64,000 bases of DNA, taken from the NCBI GenBank assembly GCA_000182565.2, contig KQ257450.1. One strand, 5' to 3'. Position numbers and translations under genes: made by a program. The DNA is from Spizellomyces punctatus DAOM BR117. Its lineage: Eukaryota. This document shows, in pieces, positions 35,190 to 49,283 of the stretch; positions within the stretch are counted from its first letter, which is position 1; each line of letters begins with the position of its first letter. The notes under the pieces were generated by a model that did not search any database, was not told the origin of the DNA, and saw nothing but the letters and a program-made list of their open reading frames with translations.

Positions 35190-37403
35190 TCATGCAGCGG
35201 GATACTTTATCATCTTCTCGTCAGGCGGCAGATAATTCCCCTTTGCGCGTTCGATTTGAAGGAATTTTGGAAAGCAGTTCAAATACTAAAAGTAAAATAC
35301 TACTAGTCAGACCCTGCATGGTACGTCATCAGGCGCTTAATACTTACCAGATTTTTCACCACCTCGTCTTTGACTCTGTCAAACATACCCACTACCAATT
35401 CCTTTCGTTCAATCTTGCCCACGACGGATTGTAATACCTCATGCGAGACATTGACAGCCATCGGAGCATCATGTTTTACAAACATTTGGAAAAACCCAAC
35501 GAACAATGGTCGAAGTTCCTTTGGGACAGGGGAAACAGCGACCAAGTCATCCAAAGATGCAGGCATGGCCGATCCATCTAATGCAGCTCTTCTTTTTGGT
35601 GAGTGTCTGCTTACATTTGACATGCTTCGGACGTGTTTGCGGATGGATGCGGATAAGCGGATGGAACCCGTAAGGGATGCAGGGGATGTGGATGACATGG
35701 AACGACTGCCTGCGTCGTCGGGTTGGGATATAGTGGAATTTGGCGGTAACGAGGCAGGGTTGGCCATTCCTATAGCTTGCTCTGCATCTTCTACATCTTC
35801 CGGTGTTTGTTGCATAAAGTTGCTGAGGCGTCGGATGAATCCCGAAAGTGGGTGCAGAACATTATCGGTAGTCATATTAGCCGCTCCATCACCACTCTGG
35901 GGGATGTGACTGAGAAGAATGGCTCGAGCTTGACGCTGTAGATTTTGATATTCTTGATAAAAGATTATGAGCTCTACGCACGAGTCTGAAAAGTGGATTT
36001 TCGTACAAGAATTTAGCACCGCACAGAACTGTTGCATCAATGTTGGTTATCCACCTACCAGCAATGGTAAACGCCCTGAACTCATAGGACAAGACTGGAT
36101 CATCCAGAACCATGATAAAGTGCTCCAGGTTCATCAACAACTTTCTTCGTCGTTTTCGCTTCTCATCCATAACTGCCTTCCATAGCGGCATAACGATCGA
36201 CGATACATGCCCTGTAATCGCCACCATCATCAAGAAAACATTGCCGGCCGAAAAGGCGTTGGGAAACTTGGGATCTATAAATACCCACCAGACGAGGCCA
36301 AGTACGGAAAAGGGTAGCCCAACGACGACGCACAAGTAAACGTCCACCTGTACGAGGTGTGGATCTTTTGTTGCGCGGAGCTTCCAGAGGAGGATGGGAC
36401 ACACCACAAAAAAGAATACCACACCAAAAGTCCATGCTGGGAGAAATTCCCATCCCATGGGGCAGGTATGGGTCCATGCAATTGTCGGCCATATCCGATG
36501 TGTCTTTGTCGTCACTTGTATGATCATAGTCACAACAAAAACAAAGGCCACTGACAGTCCAAAGTTCCTCGCCATCCATTGATCGATCGCTGCCGCCCGT
36601 TGACGGAGATACCAATTGACCTCAATCTGCCGGTGCGCATTCTCTTTCGTCACAGAAAACAGTGTAAAATCATTGTACAGAGGGGATGGTGGTGGCGGGA
36701 CATTATCCAATGCAGCCGGCTGCTCAGCGTATCCCTGTGTGCCTGTAGCGGACTTGCTCTCGGCATATGAATTTGATTTTGGTAGTTGATCGTCACGGAG
36801 GGCCTCTGAGGACCTCAAGCCCGCCATCTTTCGCCAAATCGACTGAGCTTGAGTCTTTTCAGAGAATTCGGGTCCGCATCTACTTAGAATCTCCAATTTT
36901 CGAGCGAACATTTCATTCTCCTGTTTCAATCGTAATCTGTAGCGACTTTTTAACATTCATTGCCAAAAAGAGGTTTCCAGTGGGCGATCAGAGTGTACTT
37001 ACGAGCGACATATTACGCACATGTACCAGAGGGACGTGATAAAGTTGTTTCCCCATACCGTTATGAAGCACGGTATATGGGGAATGGCGCTTTGAGCAAA
37101 GTTTTGAACGAAATACATTAAGCTGAGGACGGCTTGTATCAAGGTTACGTATGGACTATTGGAAGAACAAGAAAGAAACAGTCGGAGGAAAAAAACGGGA
37201 TGATTAGAAGATGGCATGCGGGAAAGAGCGCAACTCTGCAGCAGGCGACGCAGAACACAATACCTTCGATTCCAAATAGCTGGCGATCGCCATTTGAACA
37301 GCCACCATATCGTCGTAACGAGGTGGAACACCACCACTGCAGTTCCAGCGACTCCAAATCCGATCCCAACCTCCCACGACCAAGAATCGTCCGGGGCGGT
37401 CAT
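35190..37403 (-). CDS. Multi-pass membrane (7TM-like) protein fused to an RGS domain
   Basis: Several TM helices followed by RGS motifs VLDDPVLSYEFRAF..CVELIIFYQEY, FVKHDAPMAVNVS, MFDRVKDEVVKNL, and last exon YLNCFPKFLQ. Confidence 0.75.
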
Positions 37404-38693
37404 CAGGTTTATACTCTCTCAGGGTATCCAAATGCGGGTAGCAATACGTGCTTCAAAAGTACCGTTTCGAAAGCGGCCACCTTTACATTCAAACTCAGTG
37501 CGGTCCTGCGGGATGTTCGGCTTTTTTTTTTTGGTGTAGAAGGGGGAGCCCGGGTTGGAAAAGTTCACAACAAGGCGAAAACCACAACAGCAAAAACAGT
37601 TCCCGCAGGCCAACCAAGGAACGAATGTGATAATGCACCCAAATCTGTCTTGAGCGGAAAACCAAGAGTGTTCAAAATCCTTTCTCTCAAGGGCCAGCAC
37701 CCCACATTAAGCTGGGACCCAACAGCAAGCTCAATAGACACAGCGTCTCTAAATCCAAATGTCACGCCAGTATATCAAAGCAAACAAGCTTGTTTTTAAC
37801 CAGGGTGCTATAATTGGATTCGTCGGTAACAGAATCCTATGCTTGTGTGTCTAAAATTAGATATGGTTGAACCTTGACGGGTTTGTTGGGGATTGGTGCC
37901 CTCAAAAAAGGTCGAATCATCATGAGATGCGAGCGTGTCACCTCCAAACTGGCTGAAGAGCAAGTCGCCGCGCGCACAAAACAATTATGTGTGTAGCTTG
38001 CACTTGCGCTCCCCCAAAATGCTGAAAATGGGCTTGTTTCTTTTGTCTTTATCACCACGGACATGGAAATTTCCCCGGAGGTTTTCTAATACTCTGTTGT
38101 GATGTTGCTCTCTCTTCTTGTTGAATGGCAAAACAATGGATATAAGGTTGATTCCAAATCCTTGAATGGGTATGGGTCTCGGCCAAGCGCCAAAACAAAG
38201 ACAATAATAGCGAAATCGGTGATCTCTCAGTTATATAACGTCATCAAGGGATCTACATCTTGCATCAGGTAACAAACTCAAACTTTAATAAGCCCATAGC
38301 CCATTACAAGAAAAATATCAGAGGAGAGGAATAAAAAAATAAAAGTGTTTTCTATATAATGACAATCTCAAAGCACAGTTGCTCGAGACCACGCCGAATT
38401 TTGCTCTACATTGATTACTCTATAAATACGCCGTGCACGAATCTCTACAAAAGGGTCCCACAACAACAACGAACAAGTGATTGCGAGGTCGCGATAGGTT
38501 AAAAAGCAGCAGAGGTAAAAGCATACATCCCGCAGTCTAAATCAGCTCCCCATATTAATGCATGTGCAAACTCCGCTTGAAAGTTTCGTTCTCCTGCCCA
38601 ATATCGCCCCCATAATCTCCATATCTATCTCGATGACGCGTGGATCAGTTCTTGCTTGCCTTGAACTTTCTCCTTGCTGGCCACTACCTGACA

Positions 38694-40045
38694 CTAGCCC
38701 TTCTCCTCTTCGAGTTCTTCTTCATCTTCTCCACCAGCTTCACTTGTTGCAGCAGAGGATAAGCGTCTCCTTCTTGTTTTGCGACGGACCGGAATCTTTA
38801 TCCCTTGATGTGAAAAGTGCCTTGATAGATCCGATGTCTCTGGATATCCAGTAGCAAAAGCAACGGTGGTTGACCTAGTGTGGGCAATGTGGACAATGAT
38901 ACGCAAAAGTCTCACAGTCTAACCTTGTAATCCAGGGAAAAACCTTGCGTTGTATGAGATGAAGGCATCCGAGAAGACCGTCGCCATGACTGTGGCTACA
39001 CCTCGACTCTTGATGCTAGATTGCAATTTGAAATAAAAGAATAAATATGGGGGCTGCGTGGATAGTACCAAGCGCGGGAAGAATAAATAGCACGCGCTTC
39101 CCCTGGACAGGGCTGTTATGGGAGACAATTCGGATATGGCGGCTGCTAGCTTCCCCAATTGCACTGTGTCCGCCATTCTATAAAGCAATAGCGTCCTCTG
39201 TATTACCGACGCTTTAGGCCAAGCAACGCGCATCCGAGTCCGCCAAGAGGCCGTAGAGCCCACTTTATTGCTTGCTAACTAAGAACTCACCTCGCCAAGT
39301 TACTCAATATAATCTTCAACTTGAAGGTCCCTTCAACTCTGATGCAGAGCTCTGGGAATACGAAATACGCTCCCTTCGTACCGCTGAGATCCGTTAGAAA
39401 ATGACACTGACTCACAAGGGAGCCAAAAAGCGTTCCAACGTAAGGTTTGGAATCAGCAGGTGATTGGCCGTAGGGGACAGGTAGGTCTTCTCCGCCGATT
39501 GAGACAAACTGTGAAGACGGGATGGGTAGATGTTGTGAATGGGGATGGATGACAATGTTGCGGTCTTGGATTCCGGTTTCGTCCCACAAGGTTGCGTGGG
39601 CCACAAACATGGTGACATCTTTAAGTACTTCCAATCTGCAAGTGGATAGAACAACAGACAAAATACATTTAGCCTAGGTTTGAAGGTTGGTTGATGATTT
39701 CATTTGGCTTCACCTCGAATCCAATTCATTGTCATCCCTAAGATATGCTAGCTGGACTATGCAGCACGGGTCAATGGGTCGCCTATTTATTTTCTCTCCG
39801 AAACCACAGGATCTCCCCCGCTGTGGCTGCTGTATGATTATTAGTTGATATCTAGAAACAAAAGCACAGTTGGGAATGAAGAATGATCAATGTCAGATAA
39901 GTAGCCTCGGTGAAGAATCAGACGAGTACAACCTTGACGATGTATCCACCTCTTCGCCGCGCTCTACGCTGTGCAGCTCCAAAGATGTAGGCACGGCCGA
40001 TGAGAATTCATTGACCTCCTTTGACGAGGATCCCTGATCTGACAT
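38694..40045 (-). CDS. Velvet-domain transcription factor
   Basis: YQLIIIQQPQRGRSCGFGEKINRRPIDPCCIVQL; TLFGSLVS; GAYFVFPELCIRVEGTFKLK; VFSDAFISYNARFFPGL; TSDLSRHFSHQGIKIPVR. Confidence 0.9.
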
Positions 40046-43000
40046 GACGGCATCTGTTCTTTGGCGTCAAACCAAGGGCGAGAAAGTTTACACGGGCAGT
40101 GTAGGAAGCAGAAGTCGGTATCTGGCAATCTCGTCTATAAACAAGACGGAAAGTATTCACAAAAGGAATTGGAAATTAAGTTCCTTAAAAGCTGAATTTA
40201 CATCAAATGTCACTTAACGTAGATGCGGACTTTACCTGTGACTACAGGAATAATTTCTAATAAGCAAGGTTGAGTGCTGAGTTGGAATTGGAACTTCACT
40301 GATGTAGCCTGAGCAGTAAAAGTTGGAAAGCTTCGGAGGTGTCAGTTTATAAAACCTGCTGTATACTGGAGAGCTTACCTCGGCTTCGAGAGACGCGTAG
40401 AATGATTGATAGCAAACGGCGGTTGATGGATCGTAAGGGTCTTGTACTTTGTGTTGATTGGATGGTTTAACTTGAATAACAGCGTGGAACTACGGACGAA
40501 GCAGACTGTCAGTGCGGGATACAGTTCGGAAGCTCCGAGAAGAGTAAACAAGTAAAAACTCAATCGAAACCAGAACAATACCCTTTGTTTAATCGAGTTT
40601 GTTTAAGGGCGATCCAAAAGTGAATGAAGAAAAATGGAGAGATACTTGTTTGCTTTACGGGTTTGATGATTAGCCTATTCCATCTGCGCTTGCAAAGGAT
40701 GAGTGAAATTAGAGCTGGAAAGACATGTCTGTTCTTTTGAATGAGTCCATCCGTTTTGATGTGAAGGGTTTCCAGCGGATGGCCTGTGACAACGGGGCAA
40801 GGACCTACCGGGAACAGTAGCTGGTAGCCTTTGCAAACTCGATAAGAAAGACAATGTAAAGTCTGGTCAAAACACAACCCGACGACGACGGCGGGAAAGT
40901 GAGGCCTCTGAACGGGGAGGAAACTAAAGAAGCCGGGAGTTTTGGACAAGAGGATTTTTGGATTTGTGGGCGTTTGGGATCCATGGATACTGGATCCGTA
41001 TAACTGGAACACTTGGTAAATGTGGTCCTTGAGACAGGGAACTGGACCGACTGCACTCTCGGGAGTACCTTGTCTACCGCGGTTGCAACCCTTGCTGGGA
41101 GACCGTCTATTTTTACCCGGTTTTTGTTTCTGGTAGGGGATGTTGGAAACTACGCCAAAGCCTCCACCCGAGCCACACAGATAATGGCCATTCTTACTCC
41201 TTGCAAACAAAAGCTAACGTGATTTGCTCACCAGATCCAGGGACAATGCAAACCATTCGTAAAAAAGTTACAAATTGTCGAAACGCCCTTGTTCGCTTTG
41301 TTGCCTTGTTTTATATTTGACAATGGTTTTGTAGAAGCTGTGTGTGCTTTGGCTGTGCACTTTGCTCGACGGTTTCAGAACCGCTGAGCAAAAAAAAGAA
41401 AAACAAAACCAAAACGATCGAAGGGCGATGGTAGGCTCAGCGGCCCACCCGTCCAGCTTCCTCTGTGGTACGCGAAAAAGGGAGTTTTCCTCCAAAGAAC
41501 GAGCTCGACTGCCAATCAACCCGTAACCCACGCGTCCACACGCTTGGATTTCGAGGCGTTCGAGATTAGCAAATCACATGATTGAGTCATCCTGTACGAC
41601 GTATCATAAAGACGATCTGAATAGTCACGTGCGTGATTCATTTTAGGGAGGTTCGGAGCGCCAATCGAGATTGCACGTTGCCATGTGTCAAAGGGGAACA
41701 ATGCAAGGAAAGCCCATTACCAGGATATTGTTCATCTGATGCGAAACCTATTTTCCCATTGGTTCGCTACTGCTGGGCCATTGGGGTCTTTTGTTTGAAG
41801 TTCGCCCTTCAATTTCCACGCTATAATCTCTGGGAGATGCAAAAGACACTTTTACAAACGCTAATATTGGATAAATATCAAGTTTTTTTGCCAGTGTCTT
41901 GTCCCTGAATCATCCAAGTGATCCGACGGGCAACACTTTTTTGCCCGACTGACTGCGCTTTCTACTTTATTGACTTGGTTCATGGATGGCAGTCGCTGGG
42001 AGCTTTGTTTCAGCCTATGACAGCCTGTGGCAGGAAGGGAAGGGAGGAGAGAGGCGAGACGCCCAGATGAAAAGAGATACAAGATCTTGGACAAGGGTGA
42101 TTCATTTTCGAAAAGGATTTTTGCCACGCCACATCCTACTTTTCGCCTGCATCATGTTTAGGTTTTACAATTGCCGTTACGGCGCGATGTATTGCGTGTC
42201 TGTTGAGGCAGTGTATCGGTAATATTTCATTCAAAAAAAATAAAAGAATTCCGGGATTCCGGGACGAATTCCCTTGTCCTTTTGCAGGCGGGGGGAATGC
42301 AGGTGGATCAAAACCTGCAGTGCTGTTTCTAGAACGTTGAATGACTTGTCTTGACGCATTGTGTAACTTTGGAGATCAGTGATAGCGTGGAAGATTGTCG
42401 CTAGAGTATAACACCCTGCTATTTTCAAAGTGTATCAACCTGCAAAAGATATGCTGCTCGTTTTTTAGATGCAGTTGGACGTTGGCGAGCGAGACCCGTG
42501 ATTGCACGTGATGTATTGGCTGTGTCATTTCAACTGTCACGTGCAAAAGTGTCAGCGATCTGTCTACCAGGACAACCAAAAATGAAATGACTCCAAAAGA
42601 TAAAGAGTATTTGTTGATATCTACTATCTCAAAGGTACGTGGATACAGATGATTACTTGCATTTATAGAACTACCACTCCTACACCGTTGACACCCAATA
42701 TGTTGGTTATAGTGCATCAACTCAATTTAAATGCACGCAGTCACTGCCCACATCACGTTAATAATCTCGGTTGGAGTGTTCCAAAAAAGGTTAACCCATT
42801 GGTTAAGTGTAGGTCCGAGTGCCCCCCGACGCAACTTGACAAAAGACCTGACAAATAGCAGAAGAAGCAGTGTGTTTTTATTTATTGCCTACGGAAGCAC
42901 TTTTCCATACACTGAATTATCTGTACATCCCAGTAAAAAGTCTTTATTATCGCATCATTTAGAAAGTATTTTCAAACCACAATAACGCCAGAAGTTGTGA

Positions 43001-43376
43001 TAAAGTCGATAGTTAAAATACTTTTGATGGCAAATGATTACCGCCAGACTTTGCATCTCCTATCGACCGATGGTTCTTTGCCCTTCTAAATTCGGAAGCT
43101 CATGTCCCTCCGCACAAACAACTGATCCGCTTTGAATGTGTCATGCAGGAAGCATCCACCGACGGTAATGTCACTGGCGGCTCGTTCATAGATGACATAT
43201 CACAAGATGAAGATATCAACAGATAATAAGCACGACCTTATTATACTAAACATAAGTTACTCCAAAAGCCTGGTCAGCCATTCATATACACCTAAACCGC
43301 ATTCACCCAATGCGATAAATCTCTGGTCATCCAGACCCGAATCGTGTCTATCGACACGTTCCCCTGTCCAAGTTGC

Positions 43377-44583
43377 TCATGCAAAGAGGTAATCAAAAAA
43401 TGACTTGCACGGGCGCAACTTGTCAAAGGCAGACGACCCAGGAGGATGAATGTAAGTAAAGCGCTTGCCATCCACGGTATCCTCACCTGGAGATTCACAG
43501 TCAGTATGCAAATCAGAGTATTATTGGGACGTTAAACTTACTGTGAGAAGGAAGTAAATAATAACGGCACATGGCGTGAACAAGTAAGCGGAGAAAACTA
43601 TCCCTAATCTCTAGGCAGATGGGCCCGGGATCTGGCGAGCTTGCATTTTTTACAGCAAACTCCGTTTCCACTACTTCTGCGGCATCAAGTCGAACCCATC
43701 CATCTTCGTCCTGGTCATCCTTCTCAGCGACAAAAGCATGCTTGAGGACAACCTGTTCAAACTTTTTGATGGATTCCTGAGCACATCCGGTACGACGAAT
43801 GTGCTGCCTCAACCGACGATCATTTTTCGTGAGATTCGATTCACCCGCTACAATCTTTCTTGGGGCCATTCGGTTCCCACGAGTCGAAGCGTAATGAATG
43901 ATGTGAATCCGATGGGGTTGGTCCGTCGATGCGTTTATCATAGCGTGATAAAGTTCATTTTTGGAAATTTCAGAAAAAGCACAGGGAGGTCGGGGTATGT
44001 GGTATCCAGGGTTCATGTCTTGCGGACTGTGGAAATCAGGATCGTGCTTTGACGTGGCAACAATAGGATGATCTGTGAAATGATCTGCAGAGGAAAGGGT
44101 GTCGTCAGTTACGGTTTGGAGTCAGGTTGCAATATTATCTCTCTGATCCACTGATGTATAGCATCCAGACTTACTGTTGTCGTGACGACGCCTCCGTCGA
44201 GATCCAACCTTCCCAATGCGTAACCGCTTAGCAAGAGAATCCCTGCACGCAACCCATCGCTTCTTTTTGGGTGAGGGTGTGTGCAATGCAACCGGCAAAG
44301 AGTCGTTGCACGGCGCAGCAGCTTCCAGGTGAACCACTGGCAACCGGGGAGGCGTTTCGACCACCACACCTGTCAAGGTCGAAACCGCAGGAGCTCCCAG
44401 AGTCGTTCCACCAACAGTGGACCTACGGCAAAGGCGACCCATTTTTAGAGGGATTTATTACGCCCTACCGCGCGACCAGCTACTGCCGCAGTTCTCAGCT
44501 GCAGGTTTGCGCCTCTTCCACCAAAGTCCTCTCACATACCTCCGCTCACGGCCTGGCCGGGGCGTAGCCGTATCAACAGCCAT
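43377..44583 (-). CDS. R3H-domain protein (R3HDM4-like)
   Basis: GSRRRRRHDN R3H-associated motif and DSFLRLLVHAMCRYYLLPSHS (RxxxH). Confidence 0.75.
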
Positions 44584-45254
44584 AGTATTTCTTTTGTAAT
44601 CAAACGTAGCGAATATAGATAAGGGGAACTTTCCAGTGGCCGTAGGTAAAGACAACTTCGTCCTTTGAGTCTGGCTAGGCAGTTGACAACGTAGATGCGG
44701 CCGCTAAGAAGTCGTAGAAGCCCGCAGTAAAGAGCTTCAAGTCAAACCCACTGGGGGAAAAGAAAAACGAACGCTGCGGGGAAGTTTTATAAAGTCAATG
44801 TACGTAGCTTTTCCACGAGGGGCGAGCGCTGCAGCGGATTGGGAGGAGATTTGGGATCGGAGGGCCAAGCCACACCCTAGAAGTGCATCATCATTCGCGT
44901 ACGCGTGACTTGTTCACTTTCCGCTTGGCAAACAAGTCTCATGAACGGCCCCAACAACCGAAATCACAATGAACGCAGTCAGATGTCATGCCGTCAATGA
45001 CCAAAGAAGGCGCTTCACATTCCGTTAATTGCATGCCTAGAATCCAATTGAATTAGATGAAGCAGAAGAACAGATTTCGGATATCATCCATTAATGATTG
45101 AATCAAGCAATAGAGAGTATTTTGAACAGGTGCCTGTCCGCCTGCTGCCAAAACCAACGTCAACTACATGGCTGAGCACGGCGACGGCATGTCGGCTGAA
45201 TGCGTGAATGTTGGATTAGGGTTATAATAGACAAAATCTCTTTGAGCTCTCTAT

Positions 45255-45337
45255 GGGTGTTTGGCCGAGTTGGTCTAAGGCGCTACGTTCAGGTCGTAGT
45301 CTCTCCGGAGGCGTGAGTTCGAATCTCACAGCACCCA
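45255..45337 (+). tRNA. tRNA-Leu (CAG)
   Basis: GGGTGTT/AGCACCC acceptor stem, CTACG-TTCAGGT-CGTAG anticodon arm, long variable arm, GTTCGAATC T-loop. Confidence 0.95.
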
Positions 45338-45505
45338 TACCGCAGATACCGTGTTGCTTTTTGTCGTTTAGGCCACTGAATCCTCCTCCAGCACAGACTC
45401 GGCACCTAATATTTACGGCATGCACAGAAGAGGTTCATAAGAGCATCCTTCCTGAACAAAGTTGCTCAGCAAGTTGTCGGCGTCCCTTCTGCGCGCGTGG
45501 CACTC

Positions 45506-46463
45506 ATGCAAAGCATTTCGACCACTGTGCCCATTCGCCGCACGATAACATCTTCTGGTCCATGGCGAAGAAACTTGCAAGCAAGGGCACTAAAGACAGT
45601 AGTGAATGCAAGGCCACCCATTCGCGAGTACTTTTACTACATTGATGTCCATGGGCAGGTTGGTTGATGCATGTCTGTCTGCATACCTTGGTAATGTAAT
45701 CACCATGGGCATAGTGAAGCTTCTGGTAATAACGCCGTTCGTTTTACCTTTGTGCAGCTGTTTTTGCATGATACTGTTCCTCGAAACTTTACAACATGTA
45801 TGTTTACAAGCTACATAACATGTGTTGCGGTGTTTACTGTTACTTTTTTTCGAAAGGTGTTCTAAATATCAAACTTGCTACAGGCTTCAAGGATAAACGG
45901 TTTCTCGATTTCTTCTTTTCACGACTCCGTTTGAATGACTTGCAGCAAGCTCACGCCCGAGATGGCTATCGATATGTGAGCCCGTGCGGACGGGAGATGA
46001 ATTATGTCCAGGCGGAGGATGGTGAGTACGTTCCGCATCTAGGTTTTTTGTTGAGCATGCGGACAGTGGGACGATTGTCTTATGCATTGCTGGAGTAGCT
46101 CCGATTGTGTTTCAAGATTTAACGCCAGATGGTCAGTTTGTGCTGTTTTTTGTCAACGATAAAATATGGAGCCTAATGTGTGGCAATGTAGGCTCTCAGC
46201 TCACGTACGCAGGTTCACATGTCCACCCCTTCTCGCCCTCCTCCCTCTACATGTCCGCCACATCTGGTCGTCTTTATCATCCCCTCCCTTCTGCCCTGAA
46301 TCTATCGCCAACGTGGATGCTGGACGACAGGCGAACGTCGATACCACCACTAGGTCTCCTTCGGTCTTCTCTAGTGCTAGCAAAACTATTTGATAAACTT
46401 AATGTGGAGAATGGGAGTGTGCAGTGGAATGGACGGGAATTCCCCCTTCATGTAATTGATTAG
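45506..46463 (+). CDS. UPF0598/C8orf82-like (DUF4505) protein, multi-exon
   Basis: REYFYYIDVHGQ, FKDKRFLDFFFSRLRLN, YVSPCGREMNYVQAED, PIVFQDL, SGRLYHP. Confidence 0.82.
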
Positions 46464-46767
46464 ATGAGTCTTGGGAGGATGTTTGTCATTGTCATAGTAC
46501 TTGTGGATCTCTCGTGCTGTACATCAGGTCGCTGGATGACTTAGAGCGATGATATGAATATGTTATTATCCGTTTCTTTGTCTTCTGCTTTACCAGCACC
46601 AAAAACTGATATTTTGAGATTGACTTTAGTATTTTTGACTTAAGGTTTTTGCACAGAATTTCGAATGTTCTATTTCGTAAGCGCGGAATAATTAGAGTTT
46701 ATGACGCTTGCGATTGTGAATTGCCTCTTCCAACCAGCCCATCTTGCTTGTTTGGTGTGAAGGGGCC

Positions 46768-49163
46768 ATGCCTTCAATGAAACGACAACATGATTCAGAA
46801 AGCGGTGCTCAGGAACCCAACAGAAAGCGGATCGCTCGGACGAAAAGTGATCTGTCAAGCGACCATTTCGAGGTGTTCCAGGACGACGACGAGTCTACAT
46901 TCAACGACGCCGAGGGAGACGAGGGAGAAGACAAGGATATTGGGAGCGCCAAGCAAGACTCGCTAGTTGAGGAGGAGGATTCATCGGCAAGTCGCTTGAA
47001 GACTTTTGGCGCAAAACTCCGCGAGTCTTTTGCATATCAAGGTACGATCAATTCGTGAGATACGAATAGCGGGCCGGTAGTTTGAGTAAGCTGCTACATG
47101 CTAGGTTCAGCTCCTTCATTTACTCGTAGCACGAGAAGGACACGATCAAGTGAAGCGGCATCCTCTGCTCGAGCTGCACCGCCCACCGTTCCGGCTTCGC
47201 GCACAAGAAAAGGAAAGGAAAAAGCAACTGAATCCGCACATACTCCATCTATTCAATCCAAATCTACCTTTTCTCAACCGATTGAACATTCTGTTCGATC
47301 CATCAACGACGTAACGACCCCCACCATTTTCAACCCGTTCCGACCATATCGGCACACCCTTCATCCATCAGCCTACCTCCTCAGCCCATTGGGAACAATC
47401 ACCCCTCTGCACACGTCTCACATTCTCGCATCCTGGTCGCTTCCAACCTATGCCGCGCGTATACGTCAACTGCGTGTCTCGCGTACCGCAGCCTACTTTG
47501 ATCGCCGGGTGACATGTATCGAGTGGCATCCAGACACGAGATTTCCCGCGGTGTTGGCAATGGGGTCTAAAGGAGGTGATCTGGTCTGGTGGGATTACGA
47601 GAAGAATGCAAGACATGCAGGATATGTTGAGGAGGATGGAGATGATGGCACGAATGATGGGGAAAGTGTTCCGTACTTGTATGGGAGGGGGCCGGGTGGC
47701 TCTATTACAGCGGTACGTATTGACCACGTTAATTGTCTGAGTGTTGCTACTTTGCTTAAAACGAGCGGCTGCACAATTTAGATGCGATTCCACCCAACAG
47801 AAGCTAACATGGTATATGCCCAAACATCATCTTCAAACGATATGTCATCCGCTGATCATCCATACATTTTTGTTTTCACTATTTCGCAAAGATCTACACC
47901 ACATCCATCGACGGCACTGTCCGCAAACAAGATTTCGAAGGTCGACACGGTCGAGTATTCCTTGACACCCTCCACCGAGAAAAATGGTATACAGCTCTCG
48001 ACATTTCTCCCCGTCTGCAGATGTTGATGGTGGGCAGTAATACCGGGTATGCGACGCTGGCAGATATGGATGGATGTGAAATTTGGAGTGGACGGCTGCA
48101 TAAAGCCAAGTGCCATGATGTCGAATTTCATCCTGTGGAAGAAAATGTTGTTTGTACGGCTGGAAATGATAGAGTAGGTTAGCTTATTTTTTGTCTACAT
48201 GGGTGAGCATGGTATACTGATGCATTAACTTGTAGGTAGTTAAACTCTGGGATCTTCGTATGATGAAAAAGGACTGGAAGGAAGGCGACATTGGTGTACC
48301 GTTAAACACATTAGAACATGAAGGCGTCGTTACGGCAGGTAAGATAGTCACCGTTCTTTAATCCGTATCACTCAACTGGAAGGTGAGTCTGACCCAATGT
48401 TTTTACAGCCACATTTTCAACATTTGCGCCGTATACTCTCTTAACAACCTCTCAGGATAGTGTAAGCGCTCCATTTCGTTCCCTATTTTGCAATCCCCGC
48501 TGACTATGTCTGCAATTAGCAATGTCGTCTGTATGATACTCCACTCACACATTCCACCCCATCCTACATCATGTCACATCCGCACCGACCGTTCCAGCAT
48601 TTAACCGCCATCCGCGCAACATGGTCCCCCGTGCACCCTGACTTGTTTGTGATTGGGCGATACCCGGACACCACCACGGATCGACGGACGGTGGATGTGT
48701 TTCGATTTTGTCCGGGCTTGACGGGTGTGGAGTGTGTTGCGCGGATTGCAGATCCTCGAGTGGGTGGGATCCAATGTGTGAGTGGTTGGCAGGATGTGAG
48801 GTCTACTCTTAGTAGATGATATTGACTGTTTTGCATTTGTGACAGCTCGCAAAGTTCAACAGAATGGGAGACGTGCTTGCCACATGTTCAGGTATGTTGA
48901 AAACTGGCAAAAGCATGGTGTGGACTCGCCGTCGTCTAATATTATCTGTCGCATCAGGGTTCACGACGTATGTCTGGACGGTCCCTTCCGACACCGACGA
49001 GGATCACAATGGTAACGGGCCAAAAGACCGACCAGGAGGAGGTGGACCCAGTGGGGGACACAAGCCGAACATGTACGGACGGGGAGATGGAAAGGGCAAG
49101 AAACGTAATGAAGCCAACAACGAGAAAGGTGTAAAAGGAAAACGAGGAATAAGAGGTGAATAG
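46768..49163 (+). CDS. DDB2: DDB2 (XPE)-like WD40 UV-damage DNA-binding protein
   Basis: FDRRVTCIEWHP, AMGSKGGDL, GPGGSIT, HPHRPFQHLTAIRATWSP and VIGRYPD..RTVDVF match recalled animal DDB2 motifs. Confidence 0.8.
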
Positions 49164-49283
49164 GAAGATCCTCCGACTTGAGCAATAAGGATATTCGAAT
49201 GCACAATCCTATGTTACATTGCTCTCTAAATGAAGCTAAACATGATGCTCAAATAATGAGCGCTATATAAATCCCCTTGTCCT

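Noticed and set aside
41250-43300. Short ORFs in the gap before the R3H gene
   Set aside because: No recognisable coding signal or terminal repeats by eye.
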